A stretch of DNA of 64,000 bases, from positions 354,020,001 to 354,084,000 of the forward strand of contig OZ024740.1 in assembly GCA_964016885.1 (NCBI GenBank). Reading direction: 5' to 3'. Below are positions 12,449-26,372 of the stretch, in pieces (position 1 is the stretch's first letter; every line of letters begins with the position of its first letter). Below the pieces are notes generated by a model. That model was not told the DNA's origin, searched no databases, and saw nothing but the letters and a program-made list of their open reading frames with translations. The DNA is from Eledone cirrhosa (taxonomy: Eukaryota). The position numbers were made by a program, and so were the translations under genes.

Positions 12449-13164
12449 GTAAGTATCTTTTCATCTGCCATTGTTGATGTTTTTTGTTTCATTTTCTGGC
12501 TCAAAGTAAGCCTGGAGAGAACAGTCTTATGATGAAATGATCCCTGAAAGCCCTCCCCTTTCAGAGACTGCATTATCTAATGTAACATTCTGTTCTCAAG
12601 ACGGTAAGGTACAATCATTTGAGAGAGACGACCACTATTTCTACAAGATTGACATGCTGGAATATACATATATTAAATATATAAAGTATGTCTCAATGTA
12701 ATTTAAATGAACATGTTTGTGGCTTGTGCAGCTGAATTGTAGAAAACCTATGCTATCCTTATCTACTGGTCTACAGGCAACTCTAGATATGTTGTGGACA
12801 ACCCAATATGGTTTGTTTATGTCTATATTAACTCATTCAAGAAATGCAATAGGTACCTGCCAGACAGTTGAAAACTTTTGTGCAGGCTTTCAAACCTTAT
12901 GTTCCCCTCTCTACTATCGGTTAGCACTACACAATCCCAGCATGTGTCCATGATAACATTCAAATCTCCCATGTTCATCACCAGCAGCAGCAAACCTCTC
13001 CGAAAGAACAGTGTTCATATTTTGGTGCTAGTTGTGGCATTCAGGTTTCTGCAGCTTTTTGTATTGGTTGGTTTGCATTTTTTTTTCATTTCCCTCCCTT
13101 CTTCAAGGGCACTTTTCTGCTCTTTCTTCTGGTCTCCCTCATTGAATGACATATGCAAGAGATG

Positions 13165-13695
13165 ATGTTGTCACTGTTGTTGGTGTTGTTGTCACTGCTG
13201 TTGTTGTTGTTGTTGTTGTCACTGCTGTTGGTGTTGTTGTCACTGCTGTTGGTGTTGTTGTCACTGCTGTTGGTGTTGTTGTCACTGATGTTGGTGTTGT
13301 TGTCACTGCTGTTGGTGTTGTTGTCACTGCTGTTGGTGTTGTTGTCACTGCTGTTGGTGTTGTTGTCACTGCTGTTGGTGTTGTTGTCACTGATGTTGTT
13401 GTTGTTGTCACTGCTGTTGGTGTTGTTGTCACTGCTGTTGGTGTTGTTGTCACTGCTGTTGGTGTTGTTGTCACTGCTGTTGCTGTTGTTGTCACTGATG
13501 TTGTTGTTGTCACTGCTGTTGCTGTTGTTGTCACTGATGTTGTTGTTGTCACTGCTGTTGGTGTTGTTGTCACTGCTGTTGTTGTTGTTGTCACTGCTGT
13601 TGTTGTTGTTGTCACTGCTGTTGGTGTTGTTGTCACTGCTGTTGTTGTCACTGCTGTTGGTGCTGTTGGTGTTGTTGTGGTAGTTGGTGTTGTTG
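13165..13695. repeat. 21-bp minisatellite (GTTGTTGTCACTGCTGTTGGT)n
   Basis: About 25 tandem units. The minus strand reads TTPTAVT repeats. Confidence 0.95.
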
Positions 13696-14176
13696 CCACT
13701 TATATTGGTTTTGTGTGTATTAGCTGCTTATGTGTTGTATGTGGTCCTTGATGTGTGTAAGAATTCATTGAACTTTTAGCAGAGAGTGTATTGTGAGTTG
13801 TAAGGTTGCCACGAGGAACCAGGTTTGGTAGAAAGATATGATAGGAATATCGACAACGACTTTAGCATGTTTTACATTATTTATTAACAAAGGTTAAGCT
13901 GGCCTGCCAAGAGAAATGAAATAATTCAATTAAGATTACAAGAGAAAATACGGTCGACTGGCTGAGGCGTTTGGCCAGGTCCGTAGTAATGTTTTGTCTT
14001 TACATATTGTTTGTGCTTACGGAGCAAAAGAACAAGTGGTGTTTACCTTAGCATGGTCAAGCTGCGAGTCTTAGATTTCTCAAATCTTCGTGGGCTATTT
14101 CTCTCTCAGAACGCGTAGGGATACATCCTCTTCTCCTGGCGCTGATTTGCTGAGCTGAGCCAAATCACGCACAGAG

Positions 14177-14352
14177 ATGACATGATCAAAATTAGATTTC
14201 CCAAAATAGGTGAACCCCTTTTTTGGATGCAAGAAGAAATTCAGCATCGATTTCCACTCCTACATGCACAGGCTAAGAGATTTGCTCTGCCTATTCCAAG
14301 CTCATACTTAGTTGTGAGGGGGTTTGGTGCTGTTTCCTGACTGCACAGTAAG
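14177..14352 (+). mobile_element. hAT/Buster transposase fragment
   Basis: Near-identical to 22720-22895. Confidence 0.75.
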
Positions 14353-14474
14353 ACAATAGAAGATGAGAAAAATAGGCTTAATTAAAACAAATGAAGCGAG
14401 TTACTGTGCAATAATGATATCACCTTTTTTTTTCTTTTTTTAAATGAATATTATCTCTCCTTTTAATTTTTCAG

Positions 14475-15679
14475 ATATGACTTTGGCAGAAATCCCTCAA
14501 AAGTCTTACTTCGAAAATAGAAAATGGTTATTAAAAAATACCAATGTTACATTCATAAAAAGACCGAAAAATTCCAATGTTCCGAAGCTATATTATGAGG
14601 ATCCACAACCATACAAACATGACTTCAAAAGACTTATCAATGAACCAGATCTCTGTTCTCAACATGAAAGAGTGTTCCTTCTCTATATTGTTAGAACCGT
14701 TTACAGCCATTTTGGTCGACGAGAAGTGCTAAGGGAAATATTTCAGCTTATTCCATATGATACTAATTCAAAACATATAATTGTTAAACATATCTTCTTA
14801 TTTGGTAAAACAAACAATTCTACAATAGATTCCTTGATTCAAAAGGAGAGTAAAGAATACAGAGATATCCTCCAGGAAGATTTTATTGATTCTTATCAAA
14901 ATATTTCACTGAAGTCAATAATGGCATGGAAATGGAGCATAGAATTTTGCGCCAACACTGATTATGTTATGGTAATGAATGATGAGCTTTTTGTAGATCA
15001 ATACAAACTGATATTTTATCTTCATTATCATTTTACTCTTGATAACCATGAAAAGAGTTTTGCATCCTGTTTCAAACTGTATGGGAAGGGAAATTTAAAA
15101 TTCTTTCATGATGTTAAACATGTTGATTGGGACTTTATTTACAAAGGAAAGAAGTATCCCACATTTTGTAATGGCGTGGGTTATGTGGCACATATTAATG
15201 TTATTAATAAACTGTATATTGCTTCATTGAGCAATCATGTTTTTATGCCTGATGATGCTTGGTTAGGAGTTTTATCAGAAAAATTGAATATTACTATAGT
15301 TGGTCAAAATTACTTTTACGAATTTTATGAACCCATTAAGAAATTTTCATCACCTGATTATATTTCAAATAATCTTATGTTTGCAGTTACTGATAAGAGA
15401 AAAAATAATGGACATGAGGAACAAATAGAAAGAAAACTCTTAAACATTCTTACTAATATTAGACTCACAAAACAAAATATGACTGAGGGTATTTCAATTA
15501 TTAGAGTGCAAAACCTTTCTGGCTATTTTGATATTAATGTAAAATATTTTTTATGTCTCTTTCCAATAATACTCTTTTTAATATGTCTTAAAGCAGGTTT
15601 TATTTCTCAACTACTTTCATGCATTAGGTTTCAAATAAAAAAAAAATATATTTGTAAACATAATTATCTATGTAATTAA
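14475..15679 (+). CDS. GT31 beta-1,3-galactosyltransferase-like paralog A, exon 2 (spliced product about 420 aa)
   Basis: Polypyrimidine-CAG acceptor. Galactosyl_T motifs: RR..LR, IFLFG, E...YRDILQEDFIDSYQNISLKS, YP.FC.G.GY. Confidence 0.9.
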
Positions 15680-16147
15680 GTAAGAAATCATTATTATATG
15701 ATTTATAAACAGTGTTATGTAAAATAAATTTCGATTTCTGGTGCTTTGAGGGACTCAACTTATTAATGTAGTTGTTATATTTATGTGTCTAAAGGAATAT
15801 GCCGTATCAAGATTTGACTGCCATTTATAGCAGCTTGAGTGATCACATTGATACCAACACATCTGCCCAAATATTTGGAGGCAAACATGTGTGTTAAGGG
15901 TGCTGCTGTACTTCATCTCCAAATGTAGCAGTGAATATCTCATCAGTGAATATCTCATCAGGTAGTAACACTAAGTGTTTCAACCCTTTTCACCTCAACA
16001 TTAGAGCTACTCCTGGCTACCCACCAATGTAGGCAACAAAACTTGCGTGCAACAGCATTAAATTGACTAGTCTGATATTGAGACTCCAAGTCAGTCATCT
16101 CAGTTCACCTTAACCACTCAGGCATACCATTCTTATTCTCTCTTAAA

Positions 16148-16800
16148 TTAGATGTAGTGATTCACTTTCTCAGCTGCTTTTGATAGTTCAAGGCCCCTGA
16201 GCATCGAATCAACCCTGTTTCCAACAAATTCCTTGACATCTATCTCTACTGGGAGACATAATGCCTCACATCCATTAGTTTCACAACGTTCAACCAGTTT
16301 ACTGTACATTCTCACTTTCCTGTTGAATGTATCATTGATGTTTGACTCCCAGGAGACATTCAGCTCCCCCATTTTACCATTTTCTTTTCTATATGACAAG
16401 GATGGGTATTTTTGTGGTAAAAGGGGGAAGTGGTATTTGCCGTCCAGGTCAACTGTGACCTCCCAGGTTGTCCCTCATTTTAAAACAGTCATCTTTCTTA
16501 CAGGGGCTGGCTTGCAGCATTCACTTTCCTTATAAAACGTCATTCTGCCCTTACCTTGTACTTGCATTACTTGCCATTGGTTATCCTCTACCCTCCTCAC
16601 TTTGACTGCATAAGCCAATATTTTAAGCACTTAGTTATACTGACATGTGTATCTGTTCTTCAGGCTTATTGGGCAACTGGATAGTATGTGCCTCATCATT
16701 TCAGCCTTTCTGGATCTGCACAGGTTACTCTTTTATTTTCTAATGCTTTAGGTTTGTGGGGCAAGAAAACATATCATAGATGGAGTGAACTATAAAACTG
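16148..16800 (-). mobile_element. REL-endonuclease LINE relic (Hero/NeSL-like)
   Basis: ELNVSWESN...RK..Y..LVE.C...G...LPVEI resembles the ELTVPWE...PVEVG motif. Confidence 0.6.
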
Positions 16801-17206
16801 ATTCTGGCTCATTTCCATGACAAAATTGCCCCCCTTCCGATCTTCTGTTCAACCCCAAACTCCTCCTAAGTAACCTACTACCCCTTTCAGCCATATTGCA
16901 CCAACTGACATCTGACTTCCTCCTACTTTACCTTTCTCCTCTTCTGATTGACAGCATAGTATGGTTGAATTCAGAACTTCCAATGCTCTCTCTATTGGTC
17001 TGTACATGTCATATTTTCATATTCTAGCGAAACAACAGAATATTCCCATCTTGAGTGTCTGTGAGGAGGAGCGGTTGATATAATCATTAAATTGATATGA
17101 TCATTCTACTTACATGGCTATAAAATTGAGGCTTGTTTGCATAATTGCAAACGAATCGAATGTTATTATTAGTATTCGAAAAACTCAGATTACATTTATA
17201 TATATA

Positions 17207-20200
17207 CTAGCAGTAAAACCTGGCGTTGCTCGGGGCTGCTCAGTAGTTGTGTTAAAGTTACAATGTTAAGTTCCTTTCTTGGTTTAAAAACTGTAGAGTC
17301 TACAGTGTAGACTTTCATGTAGGTACTTTTGATTAATATTCCCTCAACCAACAGTATGCCTTATGAAGTTAAGAAAACATAACCATAACCCGAATGTTAA
17401 AACAAAAGAGGATGATGGGGATAAAAACTGCACTGGTAATCTATTAACAAAAATCGAATATGTAAACACTGCAACACTTGTCTCAGAGAAAAACATCAGT
17501 GTAACCAAACTATCAGTTATTTTGAAACAAAGAAATTGGATGGACATGAAAAACAAAAGATAAATGCGTTATCCGAAGTCGAGGGGGAAGACAGCATCAA
17601 AGAGGTTCGCACCTGTGATAACAAATATTGACAATGTAATAGCGTAGATGTTTAAGTATAAACTATGAAGAGCTCATAATATACCCATGGTGAGTTTAAC
17701 GGGCAGATTATAGACAGCCACAGCATGTGAAATGGACAGCTTCAGCAAAAGCCATATTCACCAAAAAGAATCACTGAAATCAACAAAACAGAAATGCTGC
17801 TTCCATTGCATCTTCACATGCAATTGAGAATGATGACGAAAGTTTACTTCGACGCACCAGAAATGCTGTTGTTGCGGGTTGTCTAGGTCGGCATGCATAT
17901 TGAAACAATGAAAGAAATGACGGGAACAATCTTTGTATGTATGCGCCAAGTTGTGTGTGTCTATGTATTAAACGCCTGACTTGTCAGCGACTGGAGGGCG
18001 TCCTTAACAATCAAAAGCATTGATTTCAGAGTCCGCTTTGATTTGCGAGCAATGCTGGTCCCTAGAGGCCTAGGTGTCAATAGAATGCACTGCATCGATG
18101 TTGAATACAGGTTTCGTAGACGCTATATATTTAAGGCATATATATTGCTATATATTGCCGTTTTGAACAAAAAAACCCTATAAAACCTCACGGTATACAA
18201 TATTCTTTGTTTTTCCGTTTGGAGCAAAAGCAAAGAGGTTGTTCCGGCTGCCAACTCGACAACATCCAACGTAGAATTGTCCATGTGAAAAACATGGCTC
18301 CTCCAGTGAAGTCCTGCCACAGATAAAGTCTGACCCTGGGACTTGTTGATGGACATAGCAAAGACAGCACGAATGAGAAATTGGGTTCTTTTAAAAGAAT
18401 AGGGTGCATCCACTCCTGATGTAGTAAGAGTTACCGTAGGTATTAAAACATCTCCTTTTCCACACCCCGACATAATCGTAGCATAAATAATGTGCTGTGA
18501 CATCCTATTGACAACAAGGCGTGTACCATTGCAAAGCTTGGGAGGGGTTATATTCCTGAGAAGTATAACTGGACATCCTTCCTTGAGAGACAAAATATTT
18601 TGAAGTAGACCGGGAATATCAAATGAATTGAGGATTTCAATGGGATAATTGACCACATCATGTGGATCAACATTGGTATCAATAGACTTAAAAGTCTTAT
18701 CATTTCGAGGAAGACTTTCAAGCATTTGGCGATTAATGGCGGAAACCATGACATTTGTAGGAGCTAATATAGCCCTCTCACATAGCTATGTATGATTGCG
18801 CTAATTATCTGCCAAGTTGGGAAAAACGGCTGCCTTGAGATCTTCGACAGTGTTAACCAGACAGCATATATTGTCGAGTACAATGTCTCCATGCACATCT
18901 GAAGGTACTTTGCCGTCGCCAAGAATGAGGTCTTCAGCAAATTTTTCAGACACAGTATCGCCATGCAGTTGAACACGCATGTTAGTGGTCAGACGAAGTG
19001 TTGTTACCTGTTGCCACAATGGAGAAGACTTCAGGCAGGCCCGAACTTGATCCACTCTGGTGCCCTTTGGAATAACCGGCAAAGTTTGTCGAAAGTCCCC
19101 TGAAAGCAAAAGAGTTACACCCCCCATGGTCTCCTGACGGTCTCTAATGTCTTTCAGTGTTCTATCTAAGGTCTCAATAGCTCCTTTGTGAGCCATGGTG
19201 CATTCATCCCACACAATCAGTTGGCACCGTCGTAGCAGTTCTGCTCTTGGACTATCCTTTGTGATGTCACAGAGCGGTGTTTCAGCTGAAACCAAGTTAA
19301 GCGGAAGCTTAAAGGTAGAGTGTGTTGTCCTGCCGCCAGGAAGTAGTGTTGCTGCAATACCGGATGATGCAACGGCTATTGCGATAACTTCATTCTGTCT
19401 AACTTTGGCAAGAAGAAGTTTAGTAACAAAGGTTTTTCCAGTGCCTCCAGGGGCATCAAGAAAGAAGATACCACCCCATCGATGAAATACATAGTCGGTG
19501 ATGGTGTTGTATGCAAATTGCTGATCGGGAAGTAGTTTTGGTTCCATTTCAAACACATATCTAGCTAGAGTGTCGACATCATAAGATGTTTCTTGGATGA
19601 TGAGAGTTGGAATTTTATTAGAATCAGTGCGGTGGGTTTGTGGCAGACCGTATGCTGGCAAGGCATTCCCACTCATAAGGAAAATCCTGTCCTCTATGTC
19701 TATAAGCCCTTTATTGTATAAATCATCACTGAAATCTACTTCTATGTCAGGAAGTAGTAGTTGATCCTGGTGCAGGAAGTCCTCAGACAGTTGGTTCCGA
19801 AACTTCAACCATAATGTGTAGGGATCACATGTTACATAAGTGAAGAAGCTTTGCAAAGAGCTCTCGTAGGCTTCCAGCTGAGTGTGATGAAACGATCTCC
19901 GCCAAGGTTACATGCCATCGTGAGTCATCTATAAGCATTCCACGAGCCAAACAGGCATCTCTGTATGTAGACCAAACACGATTACCGTAAGTTCTGAGGT
20001 GCTGAAAACTGGTCGGTCCTTTGACTTCATGCAGTAGCATTCGAAGATAGAAGCACTCGTGTTGATTTGGAGGAATCGTATACACTCGCCCCAAGCAATT
20101 AGTGAATTTGATCCCGGGAACTCCAATAACTGGTTGGCCAGTCTTTCTGCGACTCCATGTTTTTTTTATTCCATGTGTAGTATGATGGCACCTGAGGATA

Positions 20201-22583
20201 CAGCAATGATTTTGCGAAGTCATCGTATTCGGACAGTTTGAAAAATCCAGTTAAAGTTGTCTCCCTTAGGGTCTGTGCCAATTCAGCGGCATTTTTGTTG
20301 GTATAGTACATCCGTTGACCGTGTTCTAGGTGTACATCTAATTTTACAATTGAAGGGTGCCTATCATGTATTGGAAAACCGAAGATTCGCCAAAAGGCCT
20401 CGCTACTACTTATGTAGCGCCCTACTTGGAATTGCGTTACTTCGTCTCTATTGTTTTCGTTGAGTATACCGACCGAAGCAGCATCAGAACCCTTATTAAC
20501 ATACTTACATATGTATTTGATGCACGTGACGGAGCTGAAGAATTCAATATTAATGTGTGCGTTGAAAGTACTGAGCAGGAGTGGGCAATAGGGAATGATC
20601 CATCGGTTGTCTACCTCGCCATTCTTAACCCTTGCTGTAAAACCTCCCTCTTCACGTCGCCTACGTCTATATAATGAGTAGCCATCATTGCCAGTCTGAG
20701 TATCGCAAATAAATTGACGGGAAAATATTTTAGTGCATCTTTTATTGCCTGTAACGCATGGTAAATCAGTTCTAAAGCCAGACCCACATGGACCATGCAC
20801 CATATGTGCCCAAACTTTCATGTACAAGTCCTTATCAGTGGAAGGATCGGCTAATTCTGCAGAGATGATCCTGTCAATGTCGTTAGGACTAACCTTTGTT
20901 GTCAGCCAAATAAGAATATGAGCATGGGGAGGCCCCTTTTTTGCCATTCGATTGTGTACATGTCACATTGAACTGGTCCGAAAACCTCACCTAATTTGAT
21001 AAGATCCATAAGCTTAAGTAACTTAAGACGGAATACTCTAGCCGCGTGATCATGTCGGCGTGTGGCGTTGTGACCAGGAAGGAGTTCGTCCTCAATCTCC
21101 TTCCAATTGGGGTTACAAGTAAAAGTCTGGCCTGCCGTAATGTCATATAATGGTCATGGCATCCTGAATCCTTTCATGCATATATAGAGGACTTCCCGTG
21201 AAGGTAGATGGCAGAATGCATACTTTTCCAAGACTCTCAGGATCTGCATCATTGTTCATTCCATCCCGAAGGTGTATGTAGCTGTCACAACGCAACTTTT
21301 TTTGATTGAGTTTGATAAAACTCAATCTCTCAGATTCCATTTTTGCACACATGTCAGTTGCATACTGGTTGAAAAGGTCTTTAGAGCGATGGGGGTGACT
21401 AAAACAGTCATCTCGGATCATGAATCGGAATGCATAGAAGTCCTTGCATGAAACTGTTTTGGTAGAATGAACCTCTGAATTGGTAGATTTACATTGTGGA
21501 ATGCCAAAATGGTATCCGTCCTCTCCCTATACAAAAAGCAGCGGGTATTACAGTGCGTCGTATGATCTGTGTGTTTCACTAATCTGTTGAAGTCTGTGGT
21601 CGTGATGCTTGATAACAATGTCACGTTTGTTGTGCTGATCAACAGTGAGAAGTATTGCAACCTCATTGAAAGAAGGTGAATTATAGCGGCCTGCATGTTC
21701 TCCAGATGGCCGGTTGTCAGCATCAATGATAACATAGTAATTGTACACAGGAGCTGTTTCTAACGCGTATTTGAAGCTCTGAACGTAGCTGTTACGAGTA
21801 TGAAGCATGTCCTGAAGTTCAAAAAGGAGCTCCAGTCTAGTGTCAGAAGCAATTAAGTATTTCCTTGTTGCTTGTGGACAGTCAATTGAGTTTTGATTTT
21901 TTTCTTTTGGGAAGGCAAATGTATTTCGCCTTGTAGCTTGTTCAAGACATGAAGTTGACCTGAAGAAATTGGGGCTCTTTATTATCTACAGGCTTCAGCG
22001 ATCCGATAAGATGATAAACCTGACCTTGAACTTTGAAAGTGGGCATAAATCCACCTTCATACTCATAAAGATGTCATTTGGAATTGGAAGGCACAATTGT
22101 AATGTCGAATATCTTGAAGGAAACCTCTTGGGAGTGAATGGGTGCCTGTAAGAAGAAGCCTCAATGGCTGTGGTGGATCCCTAGGAGGGTGCATGTTGAC
22201 CTTACCATTAGAGCAGCACATTCCGGCTAGTTCACCCGACCACTTTTTGGCTTTGCAAAACTGGTAAATTTCAGACATGCCGCCGATTTGAATATGAGGG
22301 TATGTAACATAATTATTAGCGGGGACATAATTGAAAGCCTTCAATGACCATTGTGATTTCGCAGCCCTCGAAATACTGGTTTTATACTGAAATATTGGCT
22401 TTATACTGAAACACACCCCCCAGTCGAATAGTTCGGATAGCTGCTGTCTCCGCTTCTCGCGTAGCTGCTACATCTCTGCTCTGACGAAGATCACGTTCAA
22501 CATCATTCTCTGCAGCTCGCGCAGCTGCCGTAGCAGCCGCATCTCTGCTCTGACGAAGATCACGTTCAACATCATTCTCTGCA
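17207..22583 (-). mobile_element. Helitron (Rep/Pif1 helicase), frameshifted, 5' end interrupted
   Basis: HUH motif PHAHILIWL and YICKYVNK. Helicase motifs DAPGGTGKT, WDEC, GDFRQTLPV, AMSINKSQGQT. 3' end GC-rich hairpin-like segment then CTAG|T at 17207. Confidence 0.92.
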
Positions 22584-22584
22584 C

Positions 22585-23686
22585 TACAAGACAACACGAG
22601 AGAATGGTTTGTCGACCTTTTGCCGATGGACATCCCAATGTGGATAGCAGATCCCTTCATAGCTAACGTCGATGATTTGGACGATAAATTTCAGGAAGAA
22701 TTCATTGAACTTCAAGCAGATGACATGATCAAAATTAGATTTCCCAAAATAGGAAAACCCCTTTTTGGGATGCAAGAAGAAATTCAGTGCCGATTTCCAC
22801 TCCTACGTGCAGAGGCTACAAGTTTTGCTCTGCCTTTTCCAAGCTCATACTTAGTCGAGAGGAGGTTTGGCGCTGTTTCCAGACTGCACAGTCAGTAAGT
22901 CTCACAACTGCTACAATGTAATTACACATGGAGATCTCTGGCTACATCTTACGAAAATTCAGCCTCACGTCAAAGAGTTAGCTAGACTCCATGAAGCTCA
23001 AGGGTCCCATTGAAATGAGGTCAAAGTTAAAGTAAGTTGATTTATCCAAAAACTTGGATATGCTATTGTTACAAAGCAAACACAATTTTTTAATTTGTAA
23101 TTGCAGTCTGACTGGACTGGAAACCATCTACTACAATTCACTTACTCATTTGTTGTATATATTTTACCATTTACTAATAAATATACCCTCCCACGTGTTC
23201 ATGAAAACCCTCTTCCGTGGTCTCTAAGCTCACAAAGCAGAGGGGACATCAAGGCATAGGGGACATCAAGTTAGTTATCAACATTTATTCTGCCTGTTTC
23301 ATTAAAGAGAAAATTGGAAGCTTTGAAATGATATAATTGCCACTTTCTTCCAGATAAGAGCACTCTTGGGATAGACAGAGTAGCTCTTGTATAAATGTTC
23401 AAAATTGCTAGTATCAGATGGTGGGAATATAACAAATTCAAATGGTCCTTATTCATAAAAAAGAACATTTATGTTCCTTATTTGAAATTTATATATTTCC
23501 TTTCAAGGAATGTATTTATACTCTCAGCTGCCTGCAATGGTATTTTTGTAATATTGTTAATCAATTTTTTAGTAATCTACTGATATCAAAATCAGTAGTA
23601 TATTGAAAAATGGAAAAATAGGGGGGGGCGGGCGTTTTGTGATTTTGAGGGACAAAGGTTTGGCCTAAATAGGTTGGGAACCTGTG
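22585..23686 (+). mobile_element. hAT (Buster/Charlie) 3' fragment
   Basis: Dimerization-domain motif LPFPSSYLVERRF. TIR-like GGTTGGGAACCTGTG followed by CTCTAGAC, matching the nnnTAnnn target. Confidence 0.75.
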
Positions 23687-23849
23687 CTCTAGACCACTCA
23701 GCGGGCAAAAAATTAGTTTTACCAGTAATTCAAGAGGCAAACCTTGTCATACATTGCGTCACGCTGAATCTCCCTGAAAACTAGGTTGTGCGTGTTAATT
23801 TCACCAACAGGAAATTCTGTGCACTGAATATACTGATGCACTTGTCATC

Positions 23850-24069
23850 GGAGGTAAAATTTATGTTTTTCCACTCGGTTTTGAGGCTTTGGACAAATCT
23901 TACCTTCAAAACCGTCGAAAATTATTCGTGTTTTAGCTAACTGGGATGGGGTAAGACCCAGGTGTGGAGTTGAATACCCCCTCCCTTTAACTAAAAGACG
24001 AATAATTTTCGAGGATCTTTAAGGTTAGATTCGGTCAAATCACGAAATAAAACCATCAATTTCATCTCC
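23850..24069. repeat. Imperfect foldback (MITE-like)
   Basis: TCGAAAATTATTCG..TTTTAG / CTAAAAG.CGAATAATTTTCGA arms, plus outer GGAGGTAAAATT / AATTTCATCTCC. Confidence 0.55.
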
Positions 24070-24639
24070 ACAGCACGACAGGTCTGTATTAACCCAAGAT
24101 CGTACTCCTACGCTTTCATATATTTTTAGGCTCCTTAGGCTATTTAATCTTTCAGCCCACTACAGAAAAAAAAACAACAAAAAAACTGACAGGTCCCCTA
24201 CTCTCTGCGAGTGCCTAGGGTTTCAACTGTATCAACCTTATAAATAATACAGCCATGAAAAACAAAACCATTTTCTGGTTTGTTTTTGAATTTCCCCATT
24301 TATCTCCAAACCTCCTCTCTTGTCTTCTCTTTTCATTTCCCTGTTATATCAATCTATTTGAGACCTCTGGTGTCTTCAGTCTCATAACTGTCGTTTTCCT
24401 CTGTAAAAATGGGAGGAGTGTATCCCGCCTGAAGAGGGAGCCCCGTGACACACAATGTCACTGGCAATGCATTTTGTTTGTGGGACGCAGTTTGTATACG
24501 CTGTCTGAAATGGGATGTAGAGTCTGCCGTTTTCTCCCCATTTCCTTTAGTTTCGCATGGTTCCTTTAACTGCTAGGGAGGCTCCTTAGAAGTTGTCAAC
24601 AGCTTTTGTTACTTAGGTGATCAAATTAGTAGTGGGGTG

Positions 24640-25150
24640 GATATGCACTCACAGTGTGATAGCCAAGATCAGAACAGGCTGGAAGAAGTTTAGAGAGCTG
24701 ATACCTTAATTGACAACAAAGGGCTTCTCACTCAGAGTAAAAGGTAAACTGCATGATGCCTGTTTGTGAACTACAATGCTACTTGGTAGTGAAACATGGG
24801 CCTTAACTGTGATGTCTGGAAAAAGAATGAAGCAAGTATGCTCCGACGGATGTGTATATTAGATTACGTGAATAATGCAGCATAAATGAACCGTATGATA
24901 AACATACCCTGTACACACTGTAAAGTTGTTGGTGATAGGAAGGGCATTCAGCCATAGAAAGCTTACCAACCCAAGGGTTGGGAGGACTCTTTAGTTGTGA
25001 TGAGGACCTGACAACCTTCCTAGTGCTGAGGATCTACACAATAAAAGCACCTAGTACATGCTGTAAAGTGGTTGATGTTGGGAAAGGCATCCAGCCATGG
25101 AGAGCTTTCTAAACAAGGGGTTGTGAGGACCTTTCAGTTTGTGTCAAAGG
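24640..25150 (+). mobile_element. RTE LINE 3' fragment
   Basis: Similar to 29280-29470 and to the 3' UTR at 29865-29920. Confidence 0.7.
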
Positions 25151-26139
25151 ACATGGCAAATTCTCGTCTGCACTTGATATGACTGTATGTAAAGAGGGTA
25201 CCTTGATCAACTCCATACAATATATGTACAGATATGAATTTATCTTATATTTTGGTTACTTCTTGCACATTTAAATATATACAGTTATCCACATGTTTCA
25301 AGTGAGGCCGATAACATTGTTAGATCTCAATGCAGTCATGAAGAGATTGTTTCTGAAGAAAATGGTGAGATGGATCTCGGATATTGAGACTAGAAATAGG
25401 TGTTGATATAACCACTATCTATTAGTCACTATATCGATTTACCATGATCAATCAACCCTCTGAAATGATCATAAATCAATGAACTAATTAGGAACCTATC
25501 TTCGACTTTTGTTCTAATTTCATTGTTCAATACACATATATTCATTTAAATATACTATCATTTTTTCCATATGCTGACACGTGTGTGTGTGTGCGCATGT
25601 GCATATGCATATATTTAGATGTATGAGTATATAAATATAAAGGCACAAACATGGACACACTTACAAAAATACACTTGCAGACATACATTCACACAAACAC
25701 ACACATACACTCAAACACAGCATAGTGTTTTCCCCATCCCCTTCCTTCCTTTTACACACATGTTTACGAAGGTAGATGAACATCTTCGAAATCCTAACAT
25801 ATTCGCCTTGTCTATTATACGTACTTGTATCGGATTATTTCACCCAAATCTCCTGGGATGATATAAGCCACCATGATGGCTACCTATCCCACAATTTATC
25901 TCTCCCCTCCCCTCTCTCTCTCAAAGCCACCTATCTCCTAGCTATTACCTTCCTTCTCTCTTCCATTTATTCTTCATTCATCTTGAGGTTTTTCACGAAA
26001 TCAGACACACTTGATTCTGAAAGGCTAAAATGGATTACTAGAACTAACCCCTAAACCATATTCCAGATATCCATACATTCCCAAATATCTCTCTTCCCCA
26101 ATTGCAAATGTTCCACTCACATTATTATTATTACCCAAA

Positions 26140-26372
26140 GGCAGTATTGGCAGATACTCGACCCTCGACAGATACAATTACCAGATTGGCAGTATCGGTC
26201 GAGGGTCGGACGCCATGCTTTGAAGCAGAGTTACCTCCCTTTATGATCTGAGTTCAAATCCCGCCGAGGTTAACTTTGCCTTTCAACCTTACGGGGTCGA
26301 TAAAATAAAGTACCAGTAATACACTGGATAATTGCTGGCCTTGTGCCAAAAGTAGAAACAATTATTATTATT
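26140..26372 (+). mobile_element. tRNA-derived SINE
   Basis: B-box GAGTTCAAATCC, conserved TTTGCCTTTCA.CC..CGGGGTCGATAAA core, ATT tail, flanking ATTATTATTACCC duplication. Confidence 0.8.

Noticed and set aside
13146-13751. Poly-Val and poly-Leu ORFs
   Set aside because: Alternative frames of the minisatellite.
14444-14474. ORF-track ATG as the start of GT31 A
   Set aside because: It lies in the polypyrimidine tract upstream of a CAG acceptor. The phase-matched exon at 12391 is better supported.
26245-26275. tRNA gene
   Set aside because: Only the B-box of a SINE head; no complete cloverleaf.
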